Shown here in pieces: positions 47,430-48,787 of a stretch of DNA of 48,787 nucleotides (positions are counted from its first letter, which is position 1; every line of letters begins with the position of its first letter). Under the pieces are notes generated by a model. The model was not told the DNA's origin, did no database searches, and saw only the letters and a list, made by a program, of their open reading frames with translations. The stretch spans positions 1 through 48,787 of the forward strand of contig JAHBMJ010000398.1 in assembly GCA_018398765.1 (NCBI GenBank). The letters are read 5' to 3'. The position numbers and the translations under genes were made by a program. Source of the DNA: Chromera velia. Lineage: Eukaryota.

Positions 47430-48787
47430 TGTCGTGTGACTCCAAAATTTCTCCAGCATACATCAGTCCCCGCCATCTCTTTAGATCGACTTTTTTCGCG
47501 TGCGTGCGTGGCGTGGCCGACAGGCCTTCCCCGGTTTTTTCTCGTCGGCCGGACGAAAATTGTGGGGTCAGTGCATCACGGATGGCCGCGGAAGTCAGGC
47601 GGGAGGTGTCTGCCGGCAGGCCGAACGAAAATTTCTCCAGCATGCTGTAGACTGACGTGCCGTGAGGGTGTCTGCGGGCCTTCCCCTTCTCTTCTTTGCC
47701 GAAACGAAAATTTCCCCAGCATAGTCTCCAGATTGAAGTGCCGAGAGCTGTGTGTGATCGAATGGCTGTTGGTCCTCCGGGTGTTCGGTGCAAAGGCGTG
47801 CGTGGCTGAAGGTTGATTGCGTCGTTCCGCTTGGCTGGTCGGACTGGATCTTCGTGTGTGTCTGGGTGGCTGAAGGTCGATTGCGTCGTTCCGCTTGGCT
47901 GGTCGGACTGGATCTTCGTGTGTGTCTGGGTGGCTGAAGGTCGATTGCGTCCGTCTGGCTGGTCGGATTGTGTCTGGTGTGCCCGAAGATCGACTGCGGC
48001 CGAACGAAAATTTCTCCATGATACATTCGAGATCTCCATTCCTTTAGCTTGACGAGAGCTGTGTGTGATCGAATGGCTGTTGGTCCGAGACCTCCGGGTG
48101 TTTGGTGCATAGGCGTGTGTGTCTGGTGCTCGTTCACGTGTGTGACTCAGGGTCGACTGCGTCGTTTCGACACTTGTTCTGCTTGGCTGGTCGGATTGGA
48201 TCTTCGCCTGTGTCTGGTACTCGTTCACGTGCGTGCATAGCTGAAAGTCGATTGCGTCCGTGTGGTGCGCGTGGCTGGTCGGACTGGATCTTCGTGTGTG
48301 TCTGGGTGGCGAAGGTCGATTGCGTCCGTCTGGCTGGTCGGATTGGATCTTCGTATGTGTCTGGTGTGCGTTCACGTGTGTGCATGGCTGAAGATCGACT
48401 GCGGCTGAACGAAAATTTCTCCATGATACATTCGAGATCTCCATTCCTTTAGATTGAAGTGGCGTGTGTCGTCTGGCTGGGACAGATTCAAGTGCGCGTG
48501 CGTGCTGTATTGATGGCCGCGGAAACACCGTGCGTGAAGTCAGGCGGGAAGGGTCTCGAGCTATGAGTCCTAACCGGCTCGAAGTAGAAATTCTCCATCA
48601 TACATTCGACTTCTCCATTTCTGTAGACGCGTGCTGTGTGTGGCTGTTGGTTGGGTGTGTCGTGATGGATGGAACCGTCAGGCAGCCTGAACATGCGTGC
48701 CGTGAGAGCGTGTGTGCCTGTGTCAAGAGGTCCGGTCTTGAGTTTGCGTGGTCTGTCGAGCTTTGAGTGTCTGCGGGCCTTTTCCGT
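47430..48787. repeat. Complex two-module satellite (64-bp unit plus a cgaaaatttctcca... module)
   Basis: The 64-bp unit gaaggtcgattgcgtc..tggctggtcggactggatcttcgtgtgtgtctgggtggct starts at 47808, 47872 and 47936, with further copies at ~48150-48400. The second module (cg)aaaatttctcca(g/t).. occurs at ~47443, 47626, 47705, 48005, 48410 and 48587. Confidence 0.85.

Noticed and set aside
46969..48528. 519-aa minus-strand ORF
   Set aside because: It is built from a 64-bp (non-triplet) satellite, so the repeat reads in shifting frames. It also runs antisense over a plus-strand exon.

Overview
Eukaryotic, intron-rich genomic DNA. The organism is probably a chromerid alveolate such as Chromera velia; this is inferred from GC-rich exons, gtcagt/gtgagt...tgcag introns full of microsatellites, GA-rich low-complexity proteins and an alveolate-type PPR gene. 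Most entries in the six-frame ORF track are microsatellite or antisense artefacts. Manual splicing gives six genes: (1) a multi-pass membrane protein (796-2703,+) whose first intron is mostly a ~750-bp (CA)n tract; (2) a ~1550-aa disordered protein (4135-10353,+) with two copies of a LOTUS/OST-HTH-like module and an SQE cluster; (3) a 4-TM receptor-like gene (13714-~21760,+) with two tandem copies of a cyanobacterial chemoreceptor (PilJ/PixJ-type MCP) extracellular sensor domain, no output domain, and one in-frame TAG in each copy; (4) AP-5 adaptor subunit beta (35068-23794,-); (5) a mitochondrial-type PPR protein (35799-43767,+), head-to-head with gene 4 across a palindrome-rich promoter; (6) the 5' part of a lineage-specific gene (45235-47352,+) whose introns hold a 21-22-bp palindromic minisatellite and a 64-bp satellite. 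The most notable item is gene 3. Family assignments come from motif recall, not from database searches.
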